DNA of 61,272 nt, counting the filler. It is 7 parts of 7 records of this genome, joined end to end, with 100 filler letters (N's around TTAATTAATTAA, not from the genome) between each part and the next. Parts side by side here need not be neighbours in the genome. Positions count along the whole stretch, not along the records: positions 39,291 to 46,360 come from SRR2962707_3710; positions 46,461 to 54,738 come from SRR2962707_3712; 5 more parts are not named here. One strand, 5' to 3'. The position numbers and the translations under genes are program-made. Of the stretch, positions 43,911 through 54,246 are shown in pieces. Numbering within the stretch: position 1 is the first letter of the stretch; every line of letters begins with the position of its first letter. The notes below the pieces were generated by a model. The model saw only the letters and a program-made list of their open reading frames with translations, did no database searches and was not told the origin of the DNA.

Positions 43911-45107
43911 ATGGATATTAACTTTACCGCTGAGGAAGCCGCTTTCCGCGATGAGGTCCGCGCCTTCCTGAAAGACAAGCTGCCCGCGGATATTTCCCGC
44001 AAGGTCAAGGAACACAAACGCCTTGGCAAGGAAGACACGGTCCGCTGGCAGAAGATTCTCAACGAGCAGGGCTGGCTGGCTCTGCACTGGCCGAAAGAGT
44101 ATGGCGGTACCGGCTGGAGCCCGATCCAGAAGCACATCTTCGAGGAAGAATGTGCCGAGGCCGGTGCCCCCACCGTGCTTCCGTTCGGCGTCAACATGGT
44201 CGCTCCGGTAATCATCAAATTCGGTACCCAGGAGCAGAAGGACTACTACCTGCCGCGTATTCTCAAGAGCGAGGACTGGTGGTGTCAGGGTTACTCCGAG
44301 CCGGGCGCCGGTTCCGATCTGGCCAGCCTGAAAACCCGCGCCGTGCGCGAGGGTGATCACTACGTGGTCAATGGCCAGAAAACCTGGACCACCCTGGGGC
44401 AGCACGCCGACATGATCTTCTGTCTGGTGCGCACCGACCCGGAGGCGAAGAAACAGGAGGGTATCTCCTTCCTGCTGATCGACATGAACACCCCCGGTAT
44501 CACCGTGCGCCCGCTGATCACCCTGGACGGCGAGCACGAAGTGAACGAAGTGTTCTTCGACGACGTGAAAGTGCCGGTGGAAAACCTGGTCGGCGAAGAG
44601 AACAAGGGCTGGACCTGCGCCAAGTACCTGCTGACCTTCGAACGTACCGGCATCGCCGGCGTCGGCCAGTCCAAGGCTGCCCTGGCGCACCTCAAGCAAG
44701 TGGCCGCGCAGCAGATCAGCAACGGCCGCCCGCTGATCGAGGACCCGCATTTCCGCCGCCGCCTGGCCGATGTGGAAATGGAGTTGATGTCCCTGGAAAT
44801 GACCAACCTGCGTACCGTTGCCGCCGCCGAGGCCGGTGGCGTACCGGGGGCGGAAAGTTCCTTCCTGAAAATCATGGGCACCGAGCTGCGTCAGGAAATC
44901 ACCCACCTGTTCCGCACCGCCGCCGGTCCTTACGCGCTGCCGTTCCTCAACGAAGCGCTGCACGATGATTTCGACGGCAACTATGTCGGCCCGGAGTTTG
45001 CCGCTTCGGTATCCGCCCGCTACTTCAACTTCCGTAAGCTCTCCATTTTCGGGGGCTCCAACGAAATTCAGAAGAACATCATCTCCAAGATGATTCTCGG
45101 TCTGTAA
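43911..45107 (+). CDS. acyl-CoA dehydrogenase, PimC-like large subunit
   Basis: WPKEYGGTGWS, WWCQGYSEPGAGSDLASLKT, NGQKTWTT, IFGGSNEIQKNII. Confidence 0.93.
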   Translation: MDINFTAEEAAFRDEVRAFLKDKLPADISRKVKEHKRLGKEDTVRWQKILNEQGWLALHWPKEYGGTGWSPIQKHIFEEECAEAGAPTVLPFGVNMVAPVIIKFGTQEQKDYYLPRILKSEDWWCQGYSEPGAGSDLASLKTRAVREGDHYVVNGQKTWTTLGQHADMIFCLVRTDPEAKKQEGISFLLIDMNTPGITVRPLITLDGEHEVNEVFFDDVKVPVENLVGEENKGWTCAKYLLTFERTGIAGVGQSKAALAHLKQVAAQQISNGRPLIEDPHFRRRLADVEMELMSLEMTNLRTVAAAEAGGVPGAESSFLKIMGTELRQEITHLFRTAAGPYALPFLNEALHDDFDGNYVGPEFAASVSARYFNFRKLSIFGGSNEIQKNIISKMILGL

Positions 45108-45117
45108 GGAGGCGATC

Positions 45118-46257
45118 ATGGATTTCAAACTTAGCGACGAGCAGCGCATGCTCGAAGAGACCGTTGGTCGCCTGGTACGTGATACCTATACCTTCGAGAC
45201 CCGCAACAAAATCCTGGAATCCGAGCAGGGTTTCAGCGCCGACGTCTGGCAGCAGTTCGCCGAGCTGGGCCTGCTGGGCGTACCGTTCTCCGAGGAAGCC
45301 GGTGGCTTCAACGGCGGTGGCGCGGAATTGATGGTGGTGGCGGAAGGCTTCGGCCGTGGTCTGGTGGTGGAACCGTACCTGGCCACCGTGGTGCTGTGCG
45401 GCACTCTGGTGGACAAGCTCGGCAGCGACCAGCAGAAAGAAGCCCTGATACCGGCGATCATCGGCGGTGAAACCCGCCTGTCCCTGGCGTTGTATGAGCC
45501 GAATAGCCGCTACGAGCACAACCGTGTCACCACCAGCGCCAAGAAAGACGGCGAAGGTTATGTCCTGAACGGCGAGAAGGCCGTGGTCATCAACGGTGAC
45601 AGCGCCGACCAGCTGGTGGTCATCGCCCGCACCTCCGGTGCCGAGGACGATCGTGACGGTCTCAGCGCCTTCCTGGTGGACGGCAACGCCGCCGGCGTCA
45701 GCCGCCGCGGTTACCCGACCATCGATGGTCTGCGTGCCGCCGAAGTCGTCCTCAAGGACGTGAAGGTCGGCGCCGACGCGCTGCTGGGCGCGGAAGGCCA
45801 GGCCATTGACGTCCTGGAGGATTCCCTGGCACTGGGTCTGGTGGCTCTGTGCGCGGAAGCGTCCGGCGCCATGGAAGTGGCTTGTGATCAGACCCTGGAA
45901 TACATCAAGGAACGCCAGCAGTTCGGCGTGCCGATCGGTAAATTCCAGGCGCTGCAACACCGCATGGTGGAAATGCGCATGGAACTGGAAAAAGTGCGCT
46001 CCATCACCATGCTCGCCGCTTGCAGCCTGAACGAGTCACGTGAACTGCGTGACAAGCGTCTGGCCGCGGCCAAGGCGCAGGTCGGCAAATCCGGCCGTCG
46101 CGTGGCGGAGGAAGCGATCCAGCTGTTCGGCGGCATGGGCATGATGGAAGAAACCCCCATCTCCCACTACGCCAAGCGCATCGTGATGATCGATCATCAC
46201 CTGGGCGACAGCGAATACCACTTCGGCCGGCTGGAAAGCCTGCTGGACGTGGAGTAA
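45118..46257 (+). CDS. acyl-CoA dehydrogenase, PimD-like small subunit
   Basis: MDFKLSDEQRML, R.QFGVPIGKFQALQHR, AIQLFGGMG. Confidence 0.92.
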   Translation: MDFKLSDEQRMLEETVGRLVRDTYTFETRNKILESEQGFSADVWQQFAELGLLGVPFSEEAGGFNGGGAELMVVAEGFGRGLVVEPYLATVVLCGTLVDKLGSDQQKEALIPAIIGGETRLSLALYEPNSRYEHNRVTTSAKKDGEGYVLNGEKAVVINGDSADQLVVIARTSGAEDDRDGLSAFLVDGNAAGVSRRGYPTIDGLRAAEVVLKDVKVGADALLGAEGQAIDVLEDSLALGLVALCAEASGAMEVACDQTLEYIKERQQFGVPIGKFQALQHRMVEMRMELEKVRSITMLAACSLNESRELRDKRLAAAKAQVGKSGRRVAEEAIQLFGGMGMMEETPISHYAKRIVMIDHHLGDSEYHFGRLESLLDVE

Positions 46258-46265
46258 AAAGAAGG

Positions 46266-46289
46266 GGCGGCCGAGAGGCCGCCTTTTTT
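46266..46289 (+). terminator. rho-independent terminator
   Basis: GGCGGCC-GAGA-GGCCGCC-TTTTTT. Confidence 0.88.
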
Positions 46290-46319
46290 AGTTGACAGTT
46301 GATAGTTGACAGTTGACAG
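46290..46319. repeat. tandem heptamer repeat (AGTTGAC/T)x4
   Basis: agttgac agttgat agttgac agttgac ag. Confidence 0.85.
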
Positions 46320-46360
46320 CGAAAGTCCGGTGATCTTTAGCCGCTGTGGGAGCTTGTCCG

Positions 46361-46460
46361 NNNNNNNNNNNNNNNNNNNNNNNNNNNNNNNNNNNNNNNN
46401 NNNNTTAATTAATTAANNNNNNNNNNNNNNNNNNNNNNNNNNNNNNNNNNNNNNNNNNNN
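46361..46460. other. artificial contig linker
   Basis: N44-TTAATTAATTAA-N44. Confidence 0.99.
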
Positions 46461-46683
46461 GGCGGGCACCTATAACCTGATGCAGCCCGAAATCTCAAAA
46501 CAGCTCAAGGCGCGCAAGGTCGACACCCTTGAGGCGAAGAAGCCTGATGTGATCGCCGCCGGGAACATCGGCTGCATGATGCAGATCGGATCGGGCACCG
46601 GGATTCCGGTGGTGCACACTGTTGAACTACTTGACTGGGCCACGGGCGGGCCAAAACCATCCGGGTTGCACCGCGACGGTTGA
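46461..46683 (+). CDS. glcF: glycolate oxidase iron-sulfur subunit, 3' end
   Basis: AGTYNLMQPEIS..LK.RKV..LE...PDVIAAGNIGCMMQIG...VVHTVELLDWATGGP. Confidence 0.88.
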
Positions 46684-46713
46684 TTGGGCGGTTTTGCGTC
46701 TGGGTACTGAGGC

Positions 46714-46742
46714 CTTGAAAGGCCGCATTCTCCTTCCCATCT
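46714..46742 (+). promoter_or_regulatory. RpoH (sigma-32) promoter
   Basis: CTTGAA-N16-CCCATCT upstream of a small heat-shock gene. Confidence 0.8.
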
Positions 46743-46749
46743 TTATGCC

Positions 46750-46849
46750 ATCGGGATGCCGAATTTAGGGTCCCGATGCAGACGCGCCTGTCCCATGACG
46801 GGAAGGTGCGAGATTGAAAATGGTATCGCTCACTGGAGGATGACCCATG
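46750..46849 (+). promoter_or_regulatory. ROSE-type RNA thermometer in the ibpA 5' UTR
   Basis: Two upstream hairpins plus a terminal hairpin where UCGCU (46826-46830) pairs with the AGGA Shine-Dalgarno, with a bulged G. Confidence 0.75.
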
Positions 46850-47314
46850 AGAAACTTTGACTTTGCACCCCTTTACCGTGCCACCGTCGGATTCGACCAG
46901 ATTGCCGACATGATGGACCGGGTTTTGGCCAATGACGGCGCACAGCCGACTTATCCCCCCTACAACATCGAAAAGACCGCTGACGACAGTTACCGCATTT
47001 CGATCGCGGTTGCCGGGTTCGCAGGTGCCGACCTTTCTGTCGAGATGAAGGAAAACGCGCTGGTCGTTTCCGCCCGCAAGGCGGACGAAGACGGCCCCCG
47101 CACCTATCTGCACCGGGGCATTGCGACACGCGCGTTCGAACGCCGGTTCCAGCTGGCTGACCACGTTCGCGTGATTGGCGCGAGCCACGCCGACGGTATG
47201 CTGCACATCGATTTGACCCGCGAAATCCCCGAAGCGCTGAAGCCGCGCCGGATTGAAATCGCGACTGCCGGTCCGGTGGAAAAAGACGTCTTCGACGCAA
47301 AAGCGGTGAACTGA
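46847..47314 (+). CDS. ibpA: small heat-shock protein Hsp20
   Basis: YPPYNIEK, AVAGF, YLHRGIA.RAFERRF.LADHV, GMLHIDL, PRRIEI. Confidence 0.95.
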   Translation: MRNFDFAPLYRATVGFDQIADMMDRVLANDGAQPTYPPYNIEKTADDSYRISIAVAGFAGADLSVEMKENALVVSARKADEDGPRTYLHRGIATRAFERRFQLADHVRVIGASHADGMLHIDLTREIPEALKPRRIEIATAGPVEKDVFDAKAVN

Positions 47315-47349
47315 TCGGATCTTTGCCCGAAGGCGAAGGTGAAAGCATG

Positions 47350-47380
47350 ACCCCCGGTGGTAGCCTCCACCGGGGGTTTT
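47350..47380 (+). terminator. rho-independent terminator
   Basis: ACCCCCGGTGG-TAGCCT-CCACCGGGGGT-TTT. Confidence 0.85.
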
Positions 47381-47497
47381 ACGTTTTGACCGGGGCGTTA
47401 CGCGGCGCGCCCGAACTGGTGACTGTTGGCCACATGCGATGTCCTGCCGCGCGATACTTTACCCGTGCCGCGCGCAGGATGGCGTCCGACGGCACTA

Positions 47498-49540
47498 TCA
47501 GCTTCGCCCCTCGCGCAGCCACGCGCCCAGGATCATTGCCGTGGCCAGCACCAGCACCAGCCAGGCAGGCAGTATCGGCGTCTGTGTCACGTCCATCGTT
47601 TCATAGGCGCGTCGTGGTGTAAGGCCTATCCAGCCGCGTCCGGCGGCGGGACGACCCACACCAACCTCGCGGATCGTCGGTATGCCGTCTTCCAGCCGTT
47701 GAATGCCGCCGCGTAGTGTATCGATGATCGGTTCTAGAAGTGCTCCGGTGGCGATGGTCTGTTCAAATTCGCGCGGGGCTGCGGGGCCAAGCCCGATAAC
47801 GGCGGTCTGGTCACCTTCGGACAATCGGTAAAGCCCGATTTCGGGGCCGTCGAACAGCGCCTCGAACCGGCCCGGGCTGACCTCTTTTAGTGGCACTTCT
47901 TCGGTGGAACCGTCGGGCCGGGTGATTGTCACGGTACCGACGTCTTCGGACAGGGTGCGGCGGATGATGCGCATGGTCTGGCCAGTGGCCTCGGCGAACA
48001 GCGCTTCCTCCTCAAGCTCGGGTTCCTTCATCATCCAGTGCGCCAGTCGCCGTAGCAGGTCAAGCTGCGGACCGCCGCCCTCAAATCCTCGGGACCAGAG
48101 CCAGGCCTGATCCGACGCCATCAGGGCGACGCGCCCCTGGCCCACCCGGTCAAGGATCAGCAGCGGGCGATCACCAGCACCGGACATCACCACTTCGCTG
48201 TCAGGGGTCGGCGTCACCTCAATCTGGCGCATCCAACGGCCCCAGGTTTCCGCCCCCAAAAGGCCGGCAGTCACCGGATGGCGTTGGCCAAGAGCGGTGA
48301 TTGTGGGGCGGTATCCTTCGTCGACCACACGCGCGGTCGGTTCGGCCGGTAGGATCGACGACAGCGGTGAGCGGTAGAGACTGTCCGCGCTGGCATAATC
48401 AGGACCGGCAGCGATCAGCAGCGCGCCGCCCTGTTCGACGTAATTGCGCACATTGTCCAGATAGATCGACGGCAGAATCCCGCGCCGCTTGTAGCGGTCA
48501 AAGATGATCAGATCGAAATCCTCGATCTTTTCCAGGAAAAGCTCGCGGGTTGGGAAAGCGATCAGCGAAAGTTCAGTGACCGGCACGCCGTCCTGCTTTT
48601 CCGGGGGTCTGAGGATTGTAAAATGGACCAGATCTACCGAGCTGTCGGATTTCAGAAGGTTGCGCCAGGTGCGCCCGCCCGCGTGCGGCTCGCCAGATAC
48701 CAACAGCACGCGCAGCCGGTCGCGCACGCCGTTGATCTGGATGATCGCGGTGTTGTTGCGGTCGGTCAACTCGCCCTCGGCCTTGGGCACGGTGAACTGG
48801 ATCACGTTGCGCCCACCGTGGGGCAGGGTCACGGGCAGGTCAAAAGCCTCGCCCGTGGGGATGTTGAACACCTGCGGTTCACCGCCGTCGACGGAAATTT
48901 CCAGCGGCGTCATACCGGCTGCCGGTGCAGCGCCTTCATCCTCAACCGTCAGGGTCAGGGTCACGGGTTCGCCCAGAATGGCAAAGGCCGGGGCATTGCG
49001 CACGATCAGCCGGCGGTCCCAATCGGTTTCGCGGCCCGTCATCAGCAGGTGCATCGGCGCAGGCAGGTTGGGCGCACGTTCCAGATCATGCAGGCGCCCA
49101 TCCGACAGAAGCATAATACCGGCTATCCTGGCGCGCGGTTCTTCGGCAAGCGCCGCATTCAGCGCAGACATGAGCAGGGTACCGGCATCCTCTTCTCCGT
49201 CACCTACGTTGATGCGCCGCACCTCCGTGTTGGACCGGCCTGCCAGACGTGCCTCAAGCGTGATTGCTGCGTCCTCGGTCACCCCGGCGCGGTCGGCTAG
49301 TTTCTGGCTTGCGCTTTGATCGACCAGCATCAGCACAATGTCCGAAAGTGGCGCACGGTCTTCGACCTGATAAGACGGCTGGCTCAGCGCCGCGATCAAC
49401 ACGACCCCCGCCAATGCGCGCAGCGCCCAGCCCGACATCCCACGGCACAGCGCCATCAGAACCCCGATCAGGGCCAAAGCCCCAAGAACGGCGATCACCA
49501 CCCAAGGCAGCAGCGGATCAAAGACGATGTTTCCGGTCAT
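47498..49540 (-). CDS. conserved membrane protein with VWA-like and glutamine-amidotransferase-like domains
   Basis: N-terminal TMs, LVDQSASQ and LLSDG (MIDAS-like), RVLLVSGEPH..RTWRNLLKSD..VDLVHFTILRPP, C-terminal TM ending W.REGR. Confidence 0.85.
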   Translation of the reverse strand: MTGNIVFDPLLPWVVIAVLGALALIGVLMALCRGMSGWALRALAGVVLIAALSQPSYQVEDRAPLSDIVLMLVDQSASQKLADRAGVTEDAAITLEARLAGRSNTEVRRINVGDGEEDAGTLLMSALNAALAEEPRARIAGIMLLSDGRLHDLERAPNLPAPMHLLMTGRETDWDRRLIVRNAPAFAILGEPVTLTLTVEDEGAAPAAGMTPLEISVDGGEPQVFNIPTGEAFDLPVTLPHGGRNVIQFTVPKAEGELTDRNNTAIIQINGVRDRLRVLLVSGEPHAGGRTWRNLLKSDSSVDLVHFTILRPPEKQDGVPVTELSLIAFPTRELFLEKIEDFDLIIFDRYKRRGILPSIYLDNVRNYVEQGGALLIAAGPDYASADSLYRSPLSSILPAEPTARVVDEGYRPTITALGQRHPVTAGLLGAETWGRWMRQIEVTPTPDSEVVMSGAGDRPLLILDRVGQGRVALMASDQAWLWSRGFEGGGPQLDLLRRLAHWMMKEPELEEEALFAEATGQTMRIIRRTLSEDVGTVTITRPDGSTEEVPLKEVSPGRFEALFDGPEIGLYRLSEGDQTAVIGLGPAAPREFEQTIATGALLEPIIDTLRGGIQRLEDGIPTIREVGVGRPAAGRGWIGLTPRRAYETMDVTQTPILPAWLVLVLATAMILGAWLREGRS

Positions 49541-52314
49541 TGGCCCAACCTGTCAAGCAGCGCAGGCACATGGACCTGATCGGATTTATAATTACCGGTC
49601 AGTACGTGCATGACCAGATTGACCCCGAAACGATAGGCGATCTCGCGCTGGCGTTCGCCGGAAAACCCGCGCCCCACAGGGACAAGGGGATTGCCACGTT
49701 CATCCATCGCCCACGCTGCGGCCCAGTCATTGCCGCCGATCACCACCGGCGTCACGTTGTCGTTTAGGTTACGAAACGGCATACCATCGATCAGTTCAGC
49801 GTCTGGTGGCGCGGCTTCGACCCAGACGTCGCGGGCGTCGTAGCGACCGGGGAAATCCTGAAGCAGGTAAAAGGTGCGCGTCAGAACATGATCCGCCGGA
49901 ATGGGTTCCAGCGGCGGAATGTCCAGCGGCGCGGCAAGTTGCTGAAGTTTGCGGCCATTGACGCTCGAACTGCCGAAACGCGCCACATCGGCGTCGCGGG
50001 TGTCAAATAGGATCATCCCGCCAGACCGCAGGTAGGTGTTCAGCTTGGCATAGGCGGCGTCGGACGGGGTTGGCTGGCTGGGGGTGACAGGCCAGTACAG
50101 CAGCGGGAAAAAGGCCAGCTCGTCCGTTTCAAGGTTTACGCCCATCGGATCGGACGGTTCGACTGAGGTGCGAAAGAACATCGTTTCCGACAGCCCGACA
50201 AGCCCCGCCTGCGCAATTTCGTCAATCTGTGCATCCCCGGTTAGGACATGGGCCAACGTGACCTCGGATGTGGCGGCGATGGCAAAGGCGTCGGCGGGTG
50301 CGTTTTCCTGTGCGTGCAACGGGTGCGATTCCAGGGACAGGAACATCAGCGCCGCGACCAGCGCCGTGGCCGGGCGCGCACCACGCAATCGTCCAGACAG
50401 CGCAAGCGACGCAATCACATCAGCCAGCAGCATTAGGATGGCGAGCGCCAGAAGCCACCCGGCCAGCGGTGTTTCCTGCGGGCGGCTCAGCCCCTCGACC
50501 GTGATGCGGTCGGGCCAGGACGTGGCTGTCAGTTCGGTTTCGGCGGTCACAACGTTGCGGGCCAGACTGCGATCGTCACCCTGATACAGACCGGGGCGCA
50601 GTTCGTACCCAAGAGGGGCGCCAATCAGCGCAGCACCGTCCACACCCGGCAGGTTCCCGGCATCGCGGGGACTGCCAAAGGCGTCAAGAACCACCTCGGG
50701 CTGCCAGACGGTGCCGTCCAGATCCGCCGCCTCTGGCTGGGTGGGTGTCGAAGAAACGGCAAGCCGTTCAAGCATCTGCACGAACAGTCCCGACAGCGGC
50801 AGGCTGGACCATTCAGCATTTGCAGTGACGTGGAACAGCACGACCTGCCCCTGACCGATACGTTTGCGCGTGACCAGCGGCGTGCCATCGTCCAACTGGG
50901 CGATGACACGGTCAGCAAGGTTGGGATCGGGCTGTGCCATGACCTGTGCGGTGACGGTAACATCCGCAGGGATTTCCAGCCCAAAGAACGGGCTGTCCGG
51001 TCCAAAGGGGGCGAGCGATTTGGGCTCCCCCCAGCTCATCGCGCCGCCAACGGTGCGGCCACCGGCGCGCAGGCGCACGGGCATCAGGGGATTTTCGGCC
51101 TCGCGGCTGACATCGCTGGCGGCCAGACGCAGTCCGGCAAAGCGCAGCAACATGCCGCCGTTTTCGACCCAGTCCATTGTCGCTTGTTCTTCGGCCGGGC
51201 CAAGGGTGGCAACATCGGCCATAATGATCACATCGGGATTGGCCGGCACGACGTCCAAAAGCTCCCCGTCCAAAAGGTCGGCGTTGGGGTCAAGCGCGCG
51301 TTGCAGGTAGTGCAGAGCCGACAGCAGTTCCAGCCCTTCGCGGTTTTCGTTCCCGGCAATCAGGGCAACCTCGCGTCGGCGTAGTGAATCATCAGGCAAG
51401 GTCACGGCCCCGGCGCTGCGCTGACCCTCAACCTCGAACCGTGTGACCCGGGCGCGCAACTCCGCAGGCAGGGATAGTTCCGTTTCCGCAATCGTCGCGC
51501 CCGCCGCAAATGCCACGGGCACACGGGCAAGGGTTGCGGGGTTGCCTGCGGGGTCAAGCCCCTGTGCGACAACAGAAACCTCGGCCTCTGGGCCAGGGCG
51601 CAGGCGGCGCAGCGTTATGGCCACGTTGCCATCGGTGAATTGCGCGGGTTCGATTGCATAGAGGCTGCGGGGGTCTTCGAAAACGGTTAGGCGGCCCCGG
51701 CGCTCTAGCGTCTCCAGCAGGTCGGCGCGGGTGTCGCGGGCCAGTCCGTCGGACAGCCAATAGGTGTCGAACGCGCCATCGGGCAGCAGTGCCACCAGTC
51801 GCGCAGTCTGCTCGGCCTGCGGTTCCCACGGTTCGGGAAGGACGCCGGGCAGGCGGCTACGCCACACATCTGCGGCCTGAAACTGTGGCGGCTCGGGTGC
51901 GGTCAGGCGGAGCAATGCCACTGGACGGTCATCGCGGGCGGCGCGGGTCAGCAGGCCATCAATCGCCTCTTGCCGGGCGCGCCAGTCAGCTGCGCTGGCC
52001 CAGCTGGCATCCATCAGGACAAGCAGTGGGGCGGTGCCGCTCGTCTCCGCCTCTGGTTGGGGATTCAGAACCGGACCGGCCAGGCCGATGATCACCGCTG
52101 CAACCGCAAGCATCCGCAGCAAAAGTAGCCACCAGGGCGTACGGTCACTGACCTGTTCGTCGTCCTTGAGGCCAAGCAACAGTATGACACCCGGAAAGAA
52201 CCGGCGGACCGGTGCGGGCGGCACGGCGCGCAGGATCAACCACAGGATCGGGAGGGCCAGCAGACCCAGCAGAAGCCAGGGCGCAGAAAATCCAAGCGCG
52301 CCAAAAAGGGTCAT
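49537..52314 (-). CDS. BatA-type N-terminal double-TM + VWA-like + DUF4159 domain protein
   Basis: F.APWLLLGLLALPILW..LR..PP, WWLLLLRML, D.SWAS, C-terminal FGVNLVMHVLTGNYKSDQVH. Confidence 0.88.
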   Translation of the reverse strand: MTLFGALGFSAPWLLLGLLALPILWLILRAVPPAPVRRFFPGVILLLGLKDDEQVSDRTPWWLLLLRMLAVAAVIIGLAGPVLNPQPEAETSGTAPLLVLMDASWASAADWRARQEAIDGLLTRAARDDRPVALLRLTAPEPPQFQAADVWRSRLPGVLPEPWEPQAEQTARLVALLPDGAFDTYWLSDGLARDTRADLLETLERRGRLTVFEDPRSLYAIEPAQFTDGNVAITLRRLRPGPEAEVSVVAQGLDPAGNPATLARVPVAFAAGATIAETELSLPAELRARVTRFEVEGQRSAGAVTLPDDSLRRREVALIAGNENREGLELLSALHYLQRALDPNADLLDGELLDVVPANPDVIIMADVATLGPAEEQATMDWVENGGMLLRFAGLRLAASDVSREAENPLMPVRLRAGGRTVGGAMSWGEPKSLAPFGPDSPFFGLEIPADVTVTAQVMAQPDPNLADRVIAQLDDGTPLVTRKRIGQGQVVLFHVTANAEWSSLPLSGLFVQMLERLAVSSTPTQPEAADLDGTVWQPEVVLDAFGSPRDAGNLPGVDGAALIGAPLGYELRPGLYQGDDRSLARNVVTAETELTATSWPDRITVEGLSRPQETPLAGWLLALAILMLLADVIASLALSGRLRGARPATALVAALMFLSLESHPLHAQENAPADAFAIAATSEVTLAHVLTGDAQIDEIAQAGLVGLSETMFFRTSVEPSDPMGVNLETDELAFFPLLYWPVTPSQPTPSDAAYAKLNTYLRSGGMILFDTRDADVARFGSSSVNGRKLQQLAAPLDIPPLEPIPADHVLTRTFYLLQDFPGRYDARDVWVEAAPPDAELIDGMPFRNLNDNVTPVVIGGNDWAAAWAMDERGNPLVPVGRGFSGERQREIAYRFGVNLVMHVLTGNYKSDQVHVPALLDRLGQ

Positions 52315-53186
52315 CCGTGACCTCCGTCCATCGCGCGATAGACCCACAGCATGCCGGATTGCGCGGATGTGTTCGTATGATGACAGCTGTATTGCCAGCC
52401 CGTGACCCGGCACAGCTGTTCAAGATGCGCCTTGCGTTCGGCAAGACGGTCCAGATAGCGCGTGCGCAGATCCCCGGCCTTGAGTGTTTCATGCGCCATC
52501 GATTTCCCGACGCTTTCAAAGATTGTGCGCCCCTGAAAAGGAAACGCCTCTTCGGTCGGGTCCAGCACCTGGAGCAGGACGCCGCGCACGCCACGGTCGG
52601 CGGCCTTAGTCAGTGCGGCCTCGACCGGCGCAAGATCGGCCAGAAAATCCGAAACGAACAAGGCCCGCGCATGGGGCAGCATGCCGCGCGCTTCGGGTTC
52701 TGCGTAATCATCGGTGGAATCGGTGCTAAAGGCTTCTGCAAGCCGCAGGATCTGATCGTTGCCGCGTCGGGGCGGCAGGGTCCATCCGGTCAGGCCAACG
52801 CGTTCACCGCCACGCACAAGAAGGATCGCGGTTGCCAGCGTCAAAAGACGCGCACGTTCGGCCTTGGTCGGCAGATCTTTTGAAGAGGTGAACCGCATCG
52901 ACGCGCCCTGATCAAGCCAGACAATGACGCTTTGCGCTATCTGCCATTCGCGTTCGCGCACGAACTGCCCGTCGCTGCGGGCGGACCGCCGCCAGTCGAT
53001 GCTGCGCAGGGAATCGCCTTGGTGCAGCGGGCGGTATTGCCAAAAATCATCCCCCAGCCCCGCGCGCCGACGGCCGTGTTCGCCCAAAAGAACCGTGCCT
53101 GCCAGCTTTTCGGCCCGCGCCAGAAGGGCGGGCAGGCGGGCGGCTTCTTCTTGCGATGCCTGCCGGAGGGCGAGGGCTGAACTCAC
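52311..53186 (-). CDS. DUF58 domain protein
   Basis: G.HGRRRAG.G.DFWQYR....GD..R.IDWRRSAR, VREREW, D.GASM.F, VSDFL. Confidence 0.92.
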   Translation of the reverse strand: MSSALALRQASQEEAARLPALLARAEKLAGTVLLGEHGRRRAGLGDDFWQYRPLHQGDSLRSIDWRRSARSDGQFVREREWQIAQSVIVWLDQGASMRFTSSKDLPTKAERARLLTLATAILLVRGGERVGLTGWTLPPRRGNDQILRLAEAFSTDSTDDYAEPEARGMLPHARALFVSDFLADLAPVEAALTKAADRGVRGVLLQVLDPTEEAFPFQGRTIFESVGKSMAHETLKAGDLRTRYLDRLAERKAHLEQLCRVTGWQYSCHHTNTSAQSGMLWVYRAMDGGHG

Positions 53187-54190
53187 GCCGCAGCCTCGGA
53201 CCGCAGCATGCCTGCGGCAACGTCGTCGATCAGCACGCCAAGGTCTTCGCCACGCGCGCGTGCCGAAAAGGTCAGTGCCATGCGGTGGGTCAGAACCGGG
53301 CGGGCCATGTTCAGTACATCATCGGGCGATGGGGCCAGACGCCCCTGTAAAAGAGCACGGGCGCGGACGGTCATCATCAGCGCCTGCGCGGCACGCGGCC
53401 CCGGACCCCAGGCGACGGTGTCGCGGACGCGTTCGCCAGACAAAGGATCAGAGGGGCGGAAGGCGCGGACCAGATCGAGGATCATCTCTACCACCGCATC
53501 GCCCACCGGCATCCGCCGCAGCAGGCGCTGCGCCGCGACCAGCGATTCGGCATCAAAGACCTGATGCGCCTCTTCCTCGGACAAGCCGGTCGTGGCCATC
53601 AGGATGTCGCGCTCGGTCTTGCGATCCGGATAGGCGACATCGATCTGCACCAGAAACCGGTCAAGCTGTGCCTCTGGCAGGGGATAGGTGCCTTCCTGTT
53701 CAATCGGGTTTTGGGTGGCAAGCACATGAAACGGCGCGCCGAGCGGACGATTTTCACCGGCGACGGTCACGACCTTTTCCTGCATCGCCTGCAACAGGGC
53801 CGACTGTGTGCGCGGGCTGGCGCGGTTGATTTCATCCGCCATCAGAAGCTGACAAAAGATCGGGCCGGGAATGAACTTGAACGCGCGGCTGCCATCTGCC
53901 CCGGTTTCCAGAACCTCGGACCCCAGAATATCCGCCGGCATCAAGTCAGGGGTGAACTGTACCCGGTTGCCGTTCAGACCCATCACAGTGCTAAGGGTTT
54001 CGACCAAACGCGTCTTGCCCAGACCGGGCAGACCGATCAGAATGGCGTGACCACCGCAGAGCATGGCCGACAGGGTCAGGTCGACAACCCGCTCCTGTCC
54101 GATGAATCTTTTGGTGATAGCGGTCTTGGCCTCGGCCAGTTTCGCTTCCAGTGCCTCGATTTCGGCGACCAGATCCTCGGCCTCGGTCAT
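53183..54190 (-). CDS. moxR: MoxR family AAA+ ATPase
   Basis: GLPGLGKT, RVQFTPDLMPADILG, DEINRASPRTQSALLQAMQE, ATQNPIEQEGTYPLPEAQLDRF. Confidence 0.95.
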   Translation of the reverse strand: MTEAEDLVAEIEALEAKLAEAKTAITKRFIGQERVVDLTLSAMLCGGHAILIGLPGLGKTRLVETLSTVMGLNGNRVQFTPDLMPADILGSEVLETGADGSRAFKFIPGPIFCQLLMADEINRASPRTQSALLQAMQEKVVTVAGENRPLGAPFHVLATQNPIEQEGTYPLPEAQLDRFLVQIDVAYPDRKTERDILMATTGLSEEEAHQVFDAESLVAAQRLLRRMPVGDAVVEMILDLVRAFRPSDPLSGERVRDTVAWGPGPRAAQALMMTVRARALLQGRLAPSPDDVLNMARPVLTHRMALTFSARARGEDLGVLIDDVAAGMLRSEAAA

Positions 54191-54246
54191 GACATTACTC
54201 CCTGACATGCTAACATCTTGGTATGAGTGTATCGTGCGACATGGAA

